Positions 22,659-33,811 are shown, counted from the first letter of the stretch. The stretch is 64,000 nt of DNA from Bacteroidota bacterium (GCA_947479085.1 CANJYB010000005.1:131135-195134); one strand, 5' to 3'. Notes: generated by a model from the letters alone, not told the origin. Numbers and translations: made by a program.

Positions 22659-25085
22659 CTAACTACCACAAGCCTCACAATCATCCTTGTTATCAATTGA
22701 ACAAGTGATTTGCGCTGCTATTTCTGCTTCTAATGTTGCCTGACGGTCTGCGGCAAGTTGTTGCTGGCGTTCCAATACCAATACATCTTCGTTGCCCAAT
22801 ACTTCCGGTGCTTCTTTGGCTGCTGCTGTGTCCACAGTAAACTTAATGGCATCTGCTGCTGCTTTTGTACGTAAGTAATACATTCCGGTTTTTAATCCTG
22901 CTTTCCAGCCATAGAAATGCATACTCGAAAGTTTTGCAAAGTTGGCATCCTGCACAAACAGGTTCAATGATTGCGACTGGCAAATGTATGCACCACGGTC
23001 GGCAGCCATATTAATAATTACTTTCTGAGAAATTTCCCAAACGGTTTTATACAATGCCTTGATGTTATCAGGTATTTCGTTTATTCCCTGTACCGAACCA
23101 TTTGCAATGATGATTTTGTTTTTTAAGCCGTCATTCCAGATGCCCAGTTTTACAAGGTCTTTCATCAGGTGTTTGTTCACAATTACAAACTCACCGGATA
23201 ATACTCTACGAGAATAAATGTTGGAAGTGTATGGTTCGAAACATTCGTTGTTACCAAGGATTTGTGAAGTGGATGCTGTTGGCATCGGTGCAAGTAATAG
23301 AGAGTTACGCACTCCGAATTTCAGCACTTCTTCTTTTAATACATCCCATTCCCAACGGGTGGAAGGTGTAACTCCCCACATATCGAACTGGAAAATACCT
23401 TTGGAAACAGGTGATCCCGGATAAGATTCGTAAGCTCCGTCCACTTTAGCAAGATCTTTGGAAGCGGTCATAGCTGCATAATAAATCGTTTCGTGTATTT
23501 CCTTGTTCAGTTTTACTGCTTCAGGAGAATCGAAAGGGAAACGGCAAAGAATGAATGCATCTGCAAGACCTTGCACGCCAATGCCGATAGGACGGTGACG
23601 CATGTTGGAATTACGTGCTTCGGCCACAGGGTAGTAATTGCGGTCGATTATTTTATTTAAGTTTTTGGTGATTACATAAGTAACATCAAATAATCTTTGG
23701 TGATCGAATTTTCCATCTTCCACAAAACGAGGCAATGCTATAGAAGCAAGGTTACATACTGCAATTTCGTCAGGAGCAGTGTATTCAATTATCTCTGTAC
23801 ATAAGTTGGAAGACTTAATGGTTCCAAGGTTTTGCTGGTTGCTTTTTCCGTTACATGCATCTTTGTATAACATGTAAGGATTACCTGTTTCAATCTGCGA
23901 ATCGATGATAGCAGTCCATAATTCGCGTGCCTGTATGGTTTTGCGTGCTTTGCCTTCTTCTTCGTAACGGGTGTATAGTTTTTCAAATTCTTCTCCCCAG
24001 CAGTCTGCCAGTCCAGGTGCTTCGTTCGGGCAGAACAATGACCATGTGCCGTTTTCTTCCACACGTTTCATGAATAAATCAGGAGTCCACATAGCAGTAA
24101 ACAAATCACGTGCACGGGCTTCTTCTTTACCTGTATTTTTACGGATATCCAAAAATTCAAACACATCAGCATGCCAAGGCTCTAAATAAATAGCAAAAGA
24201 ACCTTTACGTTTTCCTCCCCCCTGGTCTACATAACGGGCAGTATCATTAAATACACGCAACATTGGAATGATTCCGTTAGAAGTTCCGTTGGTTCCGCGA
24301 ATGTACGAACCGGTAGCGCGTACGTTGTGAATGCTTAAACCTATCCCTCCTGCACTTTGAGAAATTTTAGCACATGATTTTAAAGTATCGTAAATACCAT
24401 CAATGCTGTCGTCTTTCATACTCAATAAGAAACAAGAAGACATTTGTGGTTTTGGTGTTCCGGCATTAAACAGGGTAGGGGTAGCGTGTGTAAACCAACG
24501 CTCGCTCATTAAATTATACGTTTCAATAACGGAAGCAATGTCATCTTTGTGAATACCCACTGCCACACGCATAATCATGTGCTGAGGGCGTTCTGCCACC
24601 ATTCCGTTCAGTTTTAATAAATAAGAACGCTCTAATGTTTTGAACCCGAAATAATCGTATCCGAAATCTCTATCGTAAATGATAGTAGAATCCAATTCCT
24701 GTGCGTTTTTCTGAATGATTTCATGCACGTCTTCCGCTATTAACGGAGCTTTTTTGCCCGTTTTGGGATCAATATAATCGTGCAACAATTCCATCGTTTT
24801 TGAAAACGATTTGTTGGTGTTTTTATGAAGGTTAGACACTGCTATGCGGCTCGCCAATAGCGCATAGTCGGGGTGTTTGGTTGTTAACGAAGCAGCAGTT
24901 TCTGCAGCCAGGTTATCCAACTCACTGGTGGTTACTCCTTCGTAAATCCCTTCAATTACCTTCATGGCAACATTGATAGGATTAACATGCAAAGGGTCTA
25001 AACCGTAGCAAAGTTTTTGAATACGAGCAGTTACTTTGTCAAATTTCACTGACTCCCTGTTTCCGTCTCTTTTGATTACGTACAT
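22659..25085 (-). CDS. nrdA: Class Ia ribonucleotide reductase alpha subunit with N-terminal ATP cone
   Basis: VIKRDG ATP cone, [31 protein letters not shown] and a C-terminal CEACGS. Confidence 0.98.
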   Translation of the reverse strand: MYVIKRDGNRESVKFDKVTARIQKLCYGLDPLHVNPINVAMKVIEGIYEGVTTSELDNLAAETAASLTTKHPDYALLASRIAVSNLHKNTNKSFSKTMELLHDYIDPKTGKKAPLIAEDVHEIIQKNAQELDSTIIYDRDFGYDYFGFKTLERSYLLKLNGMVAERPQHMIMRVAVGIHKDDIASVIETYNLMSERWFTHATPTLFNAGTPKPQMSSCFLLSMKDDSIDGIYDTLKSCAKISQSAGGIGLSIHNVRATGSYIRGTNGTSNGIIPMLRVFNDTARYVDQGGGKRKGSFAIYLEPWHADVFEFLDIRKNTGKEEARARDLFTAMWTPDLFMKRVEENGTWSLFCPNEAPGLADCWGEEFEKLYTRYEEEGKARKTIQARELWTAIIDSQIETGNPYMLYKDACNGKSNQQNLGTIKSSNLCTEIIEYTAPDEIAVCNLASIALPRFVEDGKFDHQRLFDVTYVITKNLNKIIDRNYYPVAEARNSNMRHRPIGIGVQGLADAFILCRFPFDSPEAVKLNKEIHETIYYAAMTASKDLAKVDGAYESYPGSPVSKGIFQFDMWGVTPSTRWEWDVLKEEVLKFGVRNSLLLAPMPTASTSQILGNNECFEPYTSNIYSRRVLSGEFVIVNKHLMKDLVKLGIWNDGLKNKIIIANGSVQGINEIPDNIKALYKTVWEISQKVIINMAADRGAYICQSQSLNLFVQDANFAKLSSMHFYGWKAGLKTGMYYLRTKAAADAIKFTVDTAAAKEAPEVLGNEDVLVLERQQQLAADRQATLEAEIAAQITCSIDNKDDCEACGS

Positions 25086-25153
25086 ATTGTTTTATTTTAA
25101 GTATTGAAATGTTTTGTTTGTTGTTGTATAGTTGTTTGTTGTTATTCGTTGGT

Positions 25154-26122
25154 CTAAAAATCTTCATCCAAAGAGAAAATATTATCCTCTTTTTTGCCCA
25201 TTACACCGGATTTCTGGTATTCAGCAACTCTTTTTTCAAAGAAATTGGTTTTGCCCTGCAATGAAATCAATTCCATAAAGTCAAAAGGATTGATAGCATT
25301 GTATGTTTTTTCACATCCAAGAGCAACCAGCAACCTGTCGGCTACAAACTCGATGTACTGACACATCATGGTGGCATTCATTCCTATTAAGCGAACAGGT
25401 AATGCATCCGAAACAAATTCCTTTTCTATTTCCACTGCATTGGTAATAATGGCGGTTACCTTTTCTTTAGGTAACTGGTTGTCCAATTGAGAGTATAGTA
25501 AGCATGCAAAATCGCAATGCAAACCTTCGTCACGCGAAATCAATTCGTTGGAAAAAGTAAGTCCCGGCATTAATCCCCGTTTTTTAAGCCAGAAAATGGA
25601 ACAGAAACTTCCGGAAAAGAAGATGCCTTCAACGGCAGCAAAAGCAATTAACCTTTCCGCGAAACTTCCGTTCCCTATCCATTTGATCGCCCAATCCGCT
25701 TTCTTTCCAACACATGGCAATGTATCTACCGAATGAAATAACCGGTCTTTTTCTTTCGGGTCTTTAATATAAGAGTCAATTAATAACGAGTACGTTTCGG
25801 AATGGATGTTCTCCATCATTATCTGGAAACCATAAAAGCAACGTGCTTCCGGATATTGAACTTCGCTCATAAAATTAACGGCCAGGTTTTCATTCACTAT
25901 TCCATCGCTGGCAGCAAAAAAAGCAAGCACATGTTTAATGAAATGTTTTTCATCATCGTTTAATTTATTTTCCCAATCCTGTAAATCAGGGTTCAAATCA
26001 ATTTCTTCTGCAGTCCAAAAGCTCGCTTCCGCTTTTTTGTACATTTCCCAAATTTCTCTGTGTTTTATCGGAAAAAGTACAAATCTGTCTTTATTCTCTT
26101 TTAGTATTGATTCTTCTGCCAT
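25154..26122 (-). CDS. nrdB: Class Ia ribonucleotide reductase beta subunit
   Basis: [38 protein letters not shown] and RDEGLH motifs. Confidence 0.98.
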   Translation of the reverse strand: MAEESILKENKDRFVLFPIKHREIWEMYKKAEASFWTAEEIDLNPDLQDWENKLNDDEKHFIKHVLAFFAASDGIVNENLAVNFMSEVQYPEARCFYGFQIMMENIHSETYSLLIDSYIKDPKEKDRLFHSVDTLPCVGKKADWAIKWIGNGSFAERLIAFAAVEGIFFSGSFCSIFWLKKRGLMPGLTFSNELISRDEGLHCDFACLLYSQLDNQLPKEKVTAIITNAVEIEKEFVSDALPVRLIGMNATMMCQYIEFVADRLLVALGCEKTYNAINPFDFMELISLQGKTNFFEKRVAEYQKSGVMGKKEDNIFSLDEDF

Positions 26123-26529
26123 ATTATTATACTTTTATGTTTTTGTAAACTCCTTGTAAAATCTGCCTATTTCTGTACTTATTTTAAAAATAAAGGGTAA
26201 AAAATCCCTGAAAGCCGAACCGCTTTCCTGTCACATTTTAATAAAGTATTGCTTATTGAAATAAAGGTCCACAAATGTTCGGATAATTTTGGCTGATGTC
26301 AAGCCTATACAATTAACATTTGCCCGAAGTTACTAACACCGGAAATTAACAGGAAGTTGTTGATAAATCATCAATCTACTTACCTACATTACTTTAGATG
26401 AGTATCGAAAAAAAACTGAAAAATTGTTGCAAAAAAAGTTGCAGTAATGAAAAAAAACGTTTTTAGAAACATTGGTGATTCAGAGGAAATTGCTTTGAAA
26501 CCGCAGTAAATACTATGGGTCCGGAAGCC

Positions 26530-27093
26530 CTACTTTTTCATTTTGTCAGCAAGCTCCAATTTCTTGTACCAGCCCTCTCCAAATTTGCGAATTAATGGTT
26601 CGCGCAAAAATTTATATACCGGAACATCCAGTTTTGCACCACAGACACAAGCCGGTTTGCAGATTTCCCATTTATGATAATTTACGGCTTCGTAATCCTT
26701 GTATTTGGTAATCCTCACAGGGTATAAATGACAGGAAATTGGTTTTTTCCAGGTAATCTTTCCTTCGTAATATGCTTTCTCTATAGCGCATTTGGCAATA
26801 CCATCCTCAAATAAGGTAAATGCACAATGTTTGCCTTTTACCAATGGGGTAGTGTAATCCCCATCATCATCGATTACAAAAACACCTTGTTTTTCAATGG
26901 CTTTCAGCCCGCTTTTTGGTAAATATGGTTTTACTTCGTCCAGCACATCTTCCATAATTGCAATTTCCTCAAAATCAAGTGGTGCCCCGGAATCCCCAGC
27001 TACACAACATTCTCCCTTGCAGGCATTCAAATCACAAACAAATTTCTTTTCCAGTAAATGTTCTGAAACTATTGTACTATCTATCGCTATCAT
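26530..27093 (-). CDS. DUF3109 family Cys-rich protein
   Basis: FVCDLNACKGECCVAGDSGAPL and KPISCHLYPVR motifs. Confidence 0.88.
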   Translation of the reverse strand: MIAIDSTIVSEHLLEKKFVCDLNACKGECCVAGDSGAPLDFEEIAIMEDVLDEVKPYLPKSGLKAIEKQGVFVIDDDGDYTTPLVKGKHCAFTLFEDGIAKCAIEKAYYEGKITWKKPISCHLYPVRITKYKDYEAVNYHKWEICKPACVCGAKLDVPVYKFLREPLIRKFGEGWYKKLELADKMKK

Positions 27094-27234
27094 TTTCTTT
27101 ATTTCTGAGGCGTAAAGATATTGTTTTTTAATGTTGCTGTTTTAAAATTGTAATTTCTAAGAATAAATGATATGCTTGAAATTTAATTTAGGTTAGTCTA
27201 AAAATATATTTAGTTTTACACAAAATATATAATA

Positions 27235-27993
27235 ATGAATAGATTCATATTAATTACGTTATTGCTCATCGTTACAATTCACTTTAATGTAATCGGGCAA
27301 GTACTGCCACCAATACAATGCGACAGACCAGACCAAACTGAATGCCCATTTATTGTTCCGAAAAATCATTTTCAAATGGAAACCGGTTTTGCATTTGAAC
27401 AAACAGACAGCAAAACACAATCGCTTTTTCACCCCTCTATTCTTTCTAAATTTGGAGTAAACGATAATTTTGAATTGAGATTAATTACGGAATCGGAAAC
27501 TGTTAATTCAGATACATTATCTATATCAGGACTTAATCCGGTAAAAATTGGGTTTAAGGTAAAACTTACAGATGGTAAGGGCATAGTTCCCAGAACTTCT
27601 TTTATTGGTCATTTATCAGTTCCATATTTTGCATCTGAAAATTTTACTGCAACCTATTACGCCCCGACATTCAGATTCACTATGCAATATGAACTAACTG
27701 AAAAGATGAATCTTGGTATTAATCTGGGTTCGGAATGGGATGGAGAATCTACTGAACCCGAATTTATTTATACCCTTACAACCGGCTATTCCTTTACGGA
27801 AAAATTAGGTGGTTATATTGAACTGTATGGTTTTGCCCCTCAAAACTCGCAGTCAGATCACAGGTTTGATTGCGGGCTTGGCTGTTTATTAAATCCTAAT
27901 ATTTTATTAGATATTTCAGGTGGGGTAGGTCTTTCTGACATTTCCCCTAACTATTATTTGGCGTTAGGTTTCTCATTCAGATTGAAAGATTAA
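27235..27993 (+). CDS. Outer-membrane beta-barrel 'transporter' (MetA-pathway/phenol-degradation-like)
   Basis: Signal peptide; DRPDQTE..VPK..FQMETG N-terminal motif; C-terminal LGFSFR. Confidence 0.8.
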   Translation: MNRFILITLLLIVTIHFNVIGQVLPPIQCDRPDQTECPFIVPKNHFQMETGFAFEQTDSKTQSLFHPSILSKFGVNDNFELRLITESETVNSDTLSISGLNPVKIGFKVKLTDGKGIVPRTSFIGHLSVPYFASENFTATYYAPTFRFTMQYELTEKMNLGINLGSEWDGESTEPEFIYTLTTGYSFTEKLGGYIELYGFAPQNSQSDHRFDCGLGCLLNPNILLDISGGVGLSDISPNYYLALGFSFRLKD

Positions 27994-27999
27994 AGATAA

Positions 28000-28046
28000 A
28001 AACACAAAGCCTCGTTTCAAATGTCTGAAACGAGGCTTTGTGTTTA
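28000..28046. terminator. Bidirectional terminator between convergent genes
   Basis: AAACACAAAGCCTCGTTTCA-aatgtc-TGAAACGAGGCTTTGTGTTT. Confidence 0.85.
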
Positions 28047-28058
28047 CTTTAAATAAAC

Positions 28059-29507
28059 TTATGGAATATTAATAATTCCTTTCATTCCTGAATGGAACTG
28101 ACAATAATAATATAATTGTGTAGGAGCATCCATTGGAACTTTAAATGTCATGATTCCGTTTTGAACGTTCTGCGCTGAAACGCCTACACTGTACAATAGA
28201 CCACCAGCGGTATTTACAGATTGAATTCGGAAAGGGTGGCCACTTACATTTACATTGAACTGGTAAGTAAAACCTCTGTATAAAGTTAAGGTCGGGTTGG
28301 AGTTTGATCCTGAATTATAATCAGAGGTATTGCCAATTAACCATGCTGTAAAGGCTCCGTTATCCACAAGGTTAAAAGCTACTGCATAAGTGGCTGCGGT
28401 ACCAGTAGCTCCTGTAGCCCCAGCAGCTCCGTTTGTACCATTTGTACCGGTAGCTCCGGTAGCCCCTGCAACTCCCGCACCTGTAGCACCAGTAGCGCCT
28501 GTTGCTCCGTTAATGCCATTGGTGCCATTTGTGCCTGTTGCTCCGGTAGCACCGTCTGTTCCGTTTGTCCCGGTAGCTCCTGCAATTCCATTAGTACCAT
28601 TAGTTCCTGTTGCTCCGGTAGCACCTGCAGCTCCATTTGTCCCGTTACTTCCTGTTGCTCCCGTAACCCCATTAAGTCCGTTTGTTCCTGCTGTTCCTGT
28701 AGCGCCCGTTGCCCCCATAGTTCCTGCAGGACCAGGTGCACCATCCAGGTTTATACTCCAACTGCTGAAAGTTCCTGAACCGCCAATTATGGTAATATTT
28801 ACTACCAGAGCACCGGTTAATGAATTATAAGAAACACAATTCCCTTTCATAAAATCGGAAACTGAATTTGCAATTAACACTGTTTGACCTACCGAATATT
28901 GTAATCCGGTCTGAATGTTTAAATTCTGAGTGCCCATAGCAATGGTTAACATATCTGTTGATGTAGCAGCATAGCGGTCTCCGTCATTCCCTGAAGAACC
29001 GGTTGCACCTGTTGGTCCGGCATTACCGGTAACACCTGTAGGCCCTATATCACCTGTGGCACCAACACTTCCTGTTGCTCCTGTAACACCTGCAGGTCCT
29101 GCCGTACCTCCATTAGCTGCATACAGTGCATAAGGCACGCTCATTAATTGTTGTGTTCCCATTAAAGCATAAGAGGTACCACCTGAAATGTCCATGCTTA
29201 CTTCAACATAATAAGGACCATTGGCCCAATTGATGGCTGCGAAATTATCGACAGTTAATCCGGAACCTACCACCACATTTAATAATCCGATATTATTAGA
29301 AGTAACGGAATGTGTTTCGGTATAAACTGCGGTACCCGTAGCAGTGCCCTGTAACAATCGAATCTGTAAACCAATAGGTTGACTGGTTACAGCAACTCCG
29401 GCTGAAGTTCTGGCTACTGCCTGGTAATTAAATCCCTGAGGTGCCTGAGCTTTAGTGGTTAGACTGAAAGCCAAGCAGAGTGCAAAAAGAAGAGTAATTT
29501 TTTTCAT
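28059..29507 (-). CDS. Secreted collagen-like protein with a C-terminal cupredoxin-like domain
   Basis: Signal peptide, QAPQGFNYQAVAR domain, two G-X-T tracts, and C-terminal GHPF...LYYYCQFHSGMKG. Confidence 0.85.
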   Translation of the reverse strand: MKKITLLFALCLAFSLTTKAQAPQGFNYQAVARTSAGVAVTSQPIGLQIRLLQGTATGTAVYTETHSVTSNNIGLLNVVVGSGLTVDNFAAINWANGPYYVEVSMDISGGTSYALMGTQQLMSVPYALYAANGGTAGPAGVTGATGSVGATGDIGPTGVTGNAGPTGATGSSGNDGDRYAATSTDMLTIAMGTQNLNIQTGLQYSVGQTVLIANSVSDFMKGNCVSYNSLTGALVVNITIIGGSGTFSSWSINLDGAPGPAGTMGATGATGTAGTNGLNGVTGATGSNGTNGAAGATGATGTNGTNGIAGATGTNGTDGATGATGTNGTNGINGATGATGATGAGVAGATGATGTNGTNGAAGATGATGTAATYAVAFNLVDNGAFTAWLIGNTSDYNSGSNSNPTLTLYRGFTYQFNVNVSGHPFRIQSVNTAGGLLYSVGVSAQNVQNGIMTFKVPMDAPTQLYYYCQFHSGMKGIINIP

Positions 29508-29588
29508 AGTTTGTTTTTGTTTTTTTAAATTAATAATGCAATGCTTCTATAAACAGAGCACTGATGAATCTTAAAATGAAAGGTAGTA

Positions 29589-30071
29589 TTATTTGTTTTT
29601 AATAATCTGGAACGAATTTCCCTTTGAAGTTTTGTTTTTTATTTTTAACAAATAAACTCCATTGGCAAAAGCATTCATATTTAATTGCCAAGCGGTATTG
29701 GAACCGGTAGATTGAGAAAGCACTAATTTGCCTTCTGCAGAAAACAGTTCGATGGTATTGTTGTCAGTTGATTTTGCAAATTCGATGTTCACGATATCCG
29801 CAGTAGGATTGGGAAATACAGTAATTCCTGTAGAATTTTCAGGGCTATCTATGGCTGTAATCAGCATATCGTTCTGATGAAATCCCTGGGACATCTGGTT
29901 ACTTCCATTATTAAGAGTAGCTGTTACAGGTTCTCCTAATGTCCAATCCAGGACGTTGGACCCGTTTACAAAACTTGTTCCTGCAGTAGAAATTACTTCC
30001 GGAGTTAATGTCTGAGCTCCTGCATAGCTAACGGTTATACAAAAAGCGGATAAGAATAAAATTTGTTTCAT
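29589..30071 (-). CDS. Small T9SS type-A sorting-domain protein
   Basis: Signal peptide; WTLGEP..QGFHQ; CTD VFPNPT..GVYLLKI..FQIIK. Confidence 0.9.
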   Translation of the reverse strand: MKQILFLSAFCITVSYAGAQTLTPEVISTAGTSFVNGSNVLDWTLGEPVTATLNNGSNQMSQGFHQNDMLITAIDSPENSTGITVFPNPTADIVNIEFAKSTDNNTIELFSAEGKLVLSQSTGSNTAWQLNMNAFANGVYLLKIKNKTSKGNSFQIIKNK

Positions 30072-30182
30072 GGTAAATTGGTTTATTGTATTTGCAACAA
30101 AAATAATATTTTATATTGAAATAGGAATTAAATAAACAATAAGATATACTTTTGCACCTCAAAAAAAGAATACTATTATATT

Positions 30183-31727
30183 ATGGCAAACCAGGACGAT
30201 ATTTTTAAGAACATTATTTCGCATTCAAAGGAATACGGATTTATTTTTCAAAGCAGTGAGATATACGATGGCTTAAGTGCAGTATATGATTACGGGCAGA
30301 TGGGAGTGGAGTTGAAGAAAAATCTTCGTGATTATTGGTGGAAAGCCATGGTGCAGATGCATGAAAACATAGTTGGAATAGATGCAGCCATTTTTATGCA
30401 CCCCACCACTTGGAAAGCTTCCGGACACGTGGACGCTTTTAATGACCCTTTGATTGATAATAAAGACAGTAAAAAAAGATATCGTGCCGATGTACTGATA
30501 GAAGAACATGTGGCAAAGATTGAGGGCAAGATTCAAAAGGAGGTGGACAAAGCAAAAGAGCGTTTCGGGGATTCCTTTAATGAGGAAACTTTCCGTTCCA
30601 CCAATGCAAGGGTTTTGGAAAACCAGGCAAAAGCGGATGCTATACTAAACAGATTTAAAGATGCTTTAGAAAAAAATAATCTGGAAGAAGTAAGGCAAAT
30701 AATTATTGATTGCGAAATAGTTTGCCCTATTTCAGGAACAAAAAACTGGACAGAAGTACGCCAGTTTAATTTAATGTTCAGTACTTCTATGGGTGCTGTT
30801 ACCGAAGATTCCAATGTTATTTATCTTCGCCCGGAAACGGCACAGGGAATATTTGTCAATTTTCTGAACGTTCAGAAATCGGGGCGAATGAAAATACCTT
30901 TTGGTATCGCACAAACAGGGAAAGCATTCCGTAACGAGATTGTTGCCCGCCAGTTTATTTTTAGAATGAGGGAGTTCGAACAAATGGAAATGCAATACTT
31001 TGTTCGTCCGGGAACAGAAATGGAATGGTACAACCACTGGAAGCAGACACGTATGAACTGGCACCAGTCTTTAGGTTTTGGTTCAGAAAACTATCGTTTT
31101 CAGGACCATTTAAAGTTAGCGCATTATGCCAATGCAGCCTGTGATATTGAATTTAACTTCCCTTTTGGATTTAAAGAACTGGAAGGAATTCACAGCCGTA
31201 CCGATTTTGATTTAAAGGCGCATGAACAACATTCAGGAAAAAAATTACAGTATTTTGACCCGGAATTAAACCAGAATTATGTTCCTTATGTGGTGGAAAC
31301 ATCTGTAGGACTGGATAGGTTATTCCTTGCTGTGCTTTCCAAAGCATATATAGAAGAAAAACTGGAAGACGGGACCACTCGTGTGGCGCTTAATCTTCCT
31401 GCATTTTTGGCACCCATTAAAGTAGCAATTCTTCCATTGGTTAAAAAAGATGGCTTACCCGAAAAGGCTCGGGAGATAATGGATATGCTGAAGTTTGATA
31501 ATGCTTGTAGCTATGATGAAAAAGATACCATCGGGAAGCGTTACCGCAGGCAGGATGCCATTGGTACTCCCTTTTGCATCACCATCGACCATGATTCTTT
31601 GATGGATAATAAAGTAACCATTCGTTATCGCGATACCATGCTGCAGGAACGTATTTCTATTGATAAACTTCCTGAAATAATTGAAGAAAAAGTAAGTTTT
31701 AAGAAGGCTTTACAGAGTTTGAAATAA
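30183..31727 (+). CDS. glyQS: Glycine--tRNA ligase (homodimeric type)
   Basis: YDYGQMG, YLRPETAQGIF, FRNEI, FRMREFEQME and IGKRYRRQDAIGTP motifs. Confidence 0.97.
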   Translation: MANQDDIFKNIISHSKEYGFIFQSSEIYDGLSAVYDYGQMGVELKKNLRDYWWKAMVQMHENIVGIDAAIFMHPTTWKASGHVDAFNDPLIDNKDSKKRYRADVLIEEHVAKIEGKIQKEVDKAKERFGDSFNEETFRSTNARVLENQAKADAILNRFKDALEKNNLEEVRQIIIDCEIVCPISGTKNWTEVRQFNLMFSTSMGAVTEDSNVIYLRPETAQGIFVNFLNVQKSGRMKIPFGIAQTGKAFRNEIVARQFIFRMREFEQMEMQYFVRPGTEMEWYNHWKQTRMNWHQSLGFGSENYRFQDHLKLAHYANAACDIEFNFPFGFKELEGIHSRTDFDLKAHEQHSGKKLQYFDPELNQNYVPYVVETSVGLDRLFLAVLSKAYIEEKLEDGTTRVALNLPAFLAPIKVAILPLVKKDGLPEKAREIMDMLKFDNACSYDEKDTIGKRYRRQDAIGTPFCITIDHDSLMDNKVTIRYRDTMLQERISIDKLPEIIEEKVSFKKALQSLK

Positions 31728-31766
31728 CCAATTCTTATTCTTTTTCGAATCCTTTGTTAACATACT

Positions 31767-31812
31767 AATCCTGCTAAGTTTCCTGATTGGACCTTAGCAG
31801 GATTTGTTTTTT
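31767..31812 (+). terminator. glyQS terminator
   Basis: AATCCTGCTAAG...CTTAGCAGGATT followed by a T-tract. Confidence 0.75.
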
Positions 31813-32178
31813 TAATATTAATTAATCTATCCTATCCACCCCACTTGTTTTGCGTCAGCTTTTAAAGTATTTATAAAAAACTTACCAGAAAGTGAAACCT
31901 TAATATTTTACTTCCGTAAAACTCCATATACCAGTTTTCAAAAAGTATAAAGAATTGATTGAACTGGTAACAAAGTAAACGGAAGTATAACCTAAACATC
32001 ACCGCGCATGTAGTGAACCTTACTACTGAAGTCCAGATACCTGTAATAATATGGTTTGGCAAAAGCTCACAAAATTATCAGTACCGCCTGTAAGGCGTTT
32101 TTAAGTTCTTTGATTGAATAAATGAATGTTTTGTTTCGTTTCAGTCTTGTTATTTAGCAATAATTACTGTTTTTGTCG

Positions 32179-32452
32179 GTTGACAATGGAGTTTTTATAC
32201 CTGCAAATGAAGCAAAAAGGCATGAAAATGGAATTTTGTAACGTTGCAATGGTACATTGAAACGTTTCAAAATGCTTTTAAACCATTCAAAAAAGGTATT
32301 AAAACCTTTCAAAATGACCTATGTACGTTCAAAAAAGGCTTTGTAACGTTACAATGTAATTTTTGTCTGTACAAAAAACATTTTTGTACAGACAAAAATC
32401 ATTTCTGCATGTTCAAAAAACGTTTTGCAACGTTTCAATGGAGCATTGACAG
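32179..32452. repeat. Degenerate 21-bp tandem array (about 13 units)
   Basis: CAATGG/CAAAAT/AAAAAA cores at exact 21-bp steps from 32184 to 32436. Confidence 0.8.
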
Positions 32453-32786
32453 ATATAATAAGTTTAAAACAATAGAAAAAGAATAATGAATTTAAAGTAA
32501 AATAAGTAATAACATCTGCGCAAGGTGCGATGTGTTTCAGTAGCAAAGTCGATTCGCTTAAGAAATGCTCTAAAATAGAGGTAAAATGAAAGATAATCGT
32601 ATGACAAAAAGGTTTAAAAAGTTAAGTGTAAAGTACCGATGGCGATGAGATGAATGTCTGATGCACGGGGAACATTGAATTGTAGCTACAATTGCAAGTG
32701 CGGTTTTTATAAATGTTTTCACTGCTTTTTAACTTAATCTTTTGGGAAATAAATTTTAATACTAATCATTTTAAAAACAGGAACTA

Positions 32787-33353
32787 ATGAAAAATAGAAT
32801 AATAGTGCTCGTTTTAAGTGTATTTGCATTAAATGTAAATGCACAGAATTATAATAATAAACATAGGATGTATTTAGAAATTGGCTATTGTGCAGGTATA
32901 GACCAGTCATCGGTAGCAGGGGGTGTGTATGGTGCAGCAGGTGCTTTTTTCTGGACTGGAAATAAACAAAGCGCCATTGATTTTCGGGTGAAGGAAGTAT
33001 ACATTCATTCACCGGAGCGAGAAGCAGGAGCCATTACTCTTACTTACCGTTTGTTTCTTACCAGGGGTTTTTACCTTGGGGCAGGCTTTGCGCATAACCA
33101 TGAAATTGCCATGAATAATTACATGGAAGATCCTGTAGGTTCATCCATGGGAAATGGTCAATTTATTGTTCACCGCACCGGCCTGGCATTTGAGGCAGGA
33201 TATGATTTTAAACCTTTTCCAAGAAATAAGTCATTCGGAATTTATCCGGTTACTGGCTTAAGCTGCTCTTACATGGTGCTTGACAAAGAACCAAATCCAT
33301 TGGTGATGTTGAACCTCGGATTCAGATTCGGATTTAAAAAGATGCCTTATTAA
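32787..33353 (+). CDS. Hypothetical outer-membrane beta-barrel protein
   Basis: Signal peptide ending ...NAQ, amphipathic strands, C-terminal LNLGFRFGF; own terminator at about 33390-33432. Confidence 0.75.
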   Translation: MKNRIIVLVLSVFALNVNAQNYNNKHRMYLEIGYCAGIDQSSVAGGVYGAAGAFFWTGNKQSAIDFRVKEVYIHSPEREAGAITLTYRLFLTRGFYLGAGFAHNHEIAMNNYMEDPVGSSMGNGQFIVHRTGLAFEAGYDFKPFPRNKSFGIYPVTGLSCSYMVLDKEPNPLVMLNLGFRFGFKKMPY

Positions 33354-33457
33354 ACGATTGAGTTTTTAATTTTCTTCTTCATTGTTTTTAAAATGTCGCC
33401 TCTATTCCTCTAAGGAGTAAGGCGACATTTTTATTTTATTTCTTCAAATTTTATAGT

Positions 33458-33523
33458 ATGATAAATATCATGTTCCCGCCTGATATTCATCATATTTTAT
33501 TTTCTGCATACCCCCCACTTTTG
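33458..33523 (+). promoter_or_regulatory. Tandem Crp/Fnr-type boxes plus -7 element, upstream of the ccoI unit
   Basis: ATGA-TAAATA-TCAT (33458) and CTGA-TATTCA-TCAT (33480), then CACTTTTG. Confidence 0.7.
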
Positions 33524-33562
33524 TATCGTTAAATAATCAGTTAAACTTTAAACAAAAAAATT

Positions 33563-33790
33563 ATGAACAAAAGAATTTTTGCATACATACTGATAGGATT
33601 GGTATTTATGTTTCCATTTCGCTACGCAATGTTGGAACCAACATCGTCAAACGTAGTTAACCTTGTTTGCTTTTTAGCAACTGTTTTGGGATTCATCGTG
33701 TTTTTGCTTTTAACCATTACCGATGGTAAAGCAAAACAAACCGAGCAGGTTTCTAAAAATGAACAACAAAATTATAAGCAAGCTGCTTAA
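33563..33790 (+). CDS. Small membrane protein (2 TM) heading the ccoI operon
   Basis: 75 aa with two hydrophobic helices; A-rich leader; 21 bp upstream of ccoI. Confidence 0.7.
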   Translation: MNKRIFAYILIGLVFMFPFRYAMLEPTSSNVVNLVCFLATVLGFIVFLLLTITDGKAKQTEQVSKNEQQNYKQAA

Positions 33791-33811
33791 TTAAGGTAAA
33801 CAACAAAATGT

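Noticed and set aside
28379..28830. Overlapping ORFs in the collagen tract
   Set aside because: They are alternate-frame and antisense products of the 9-bp collagen periodicity.
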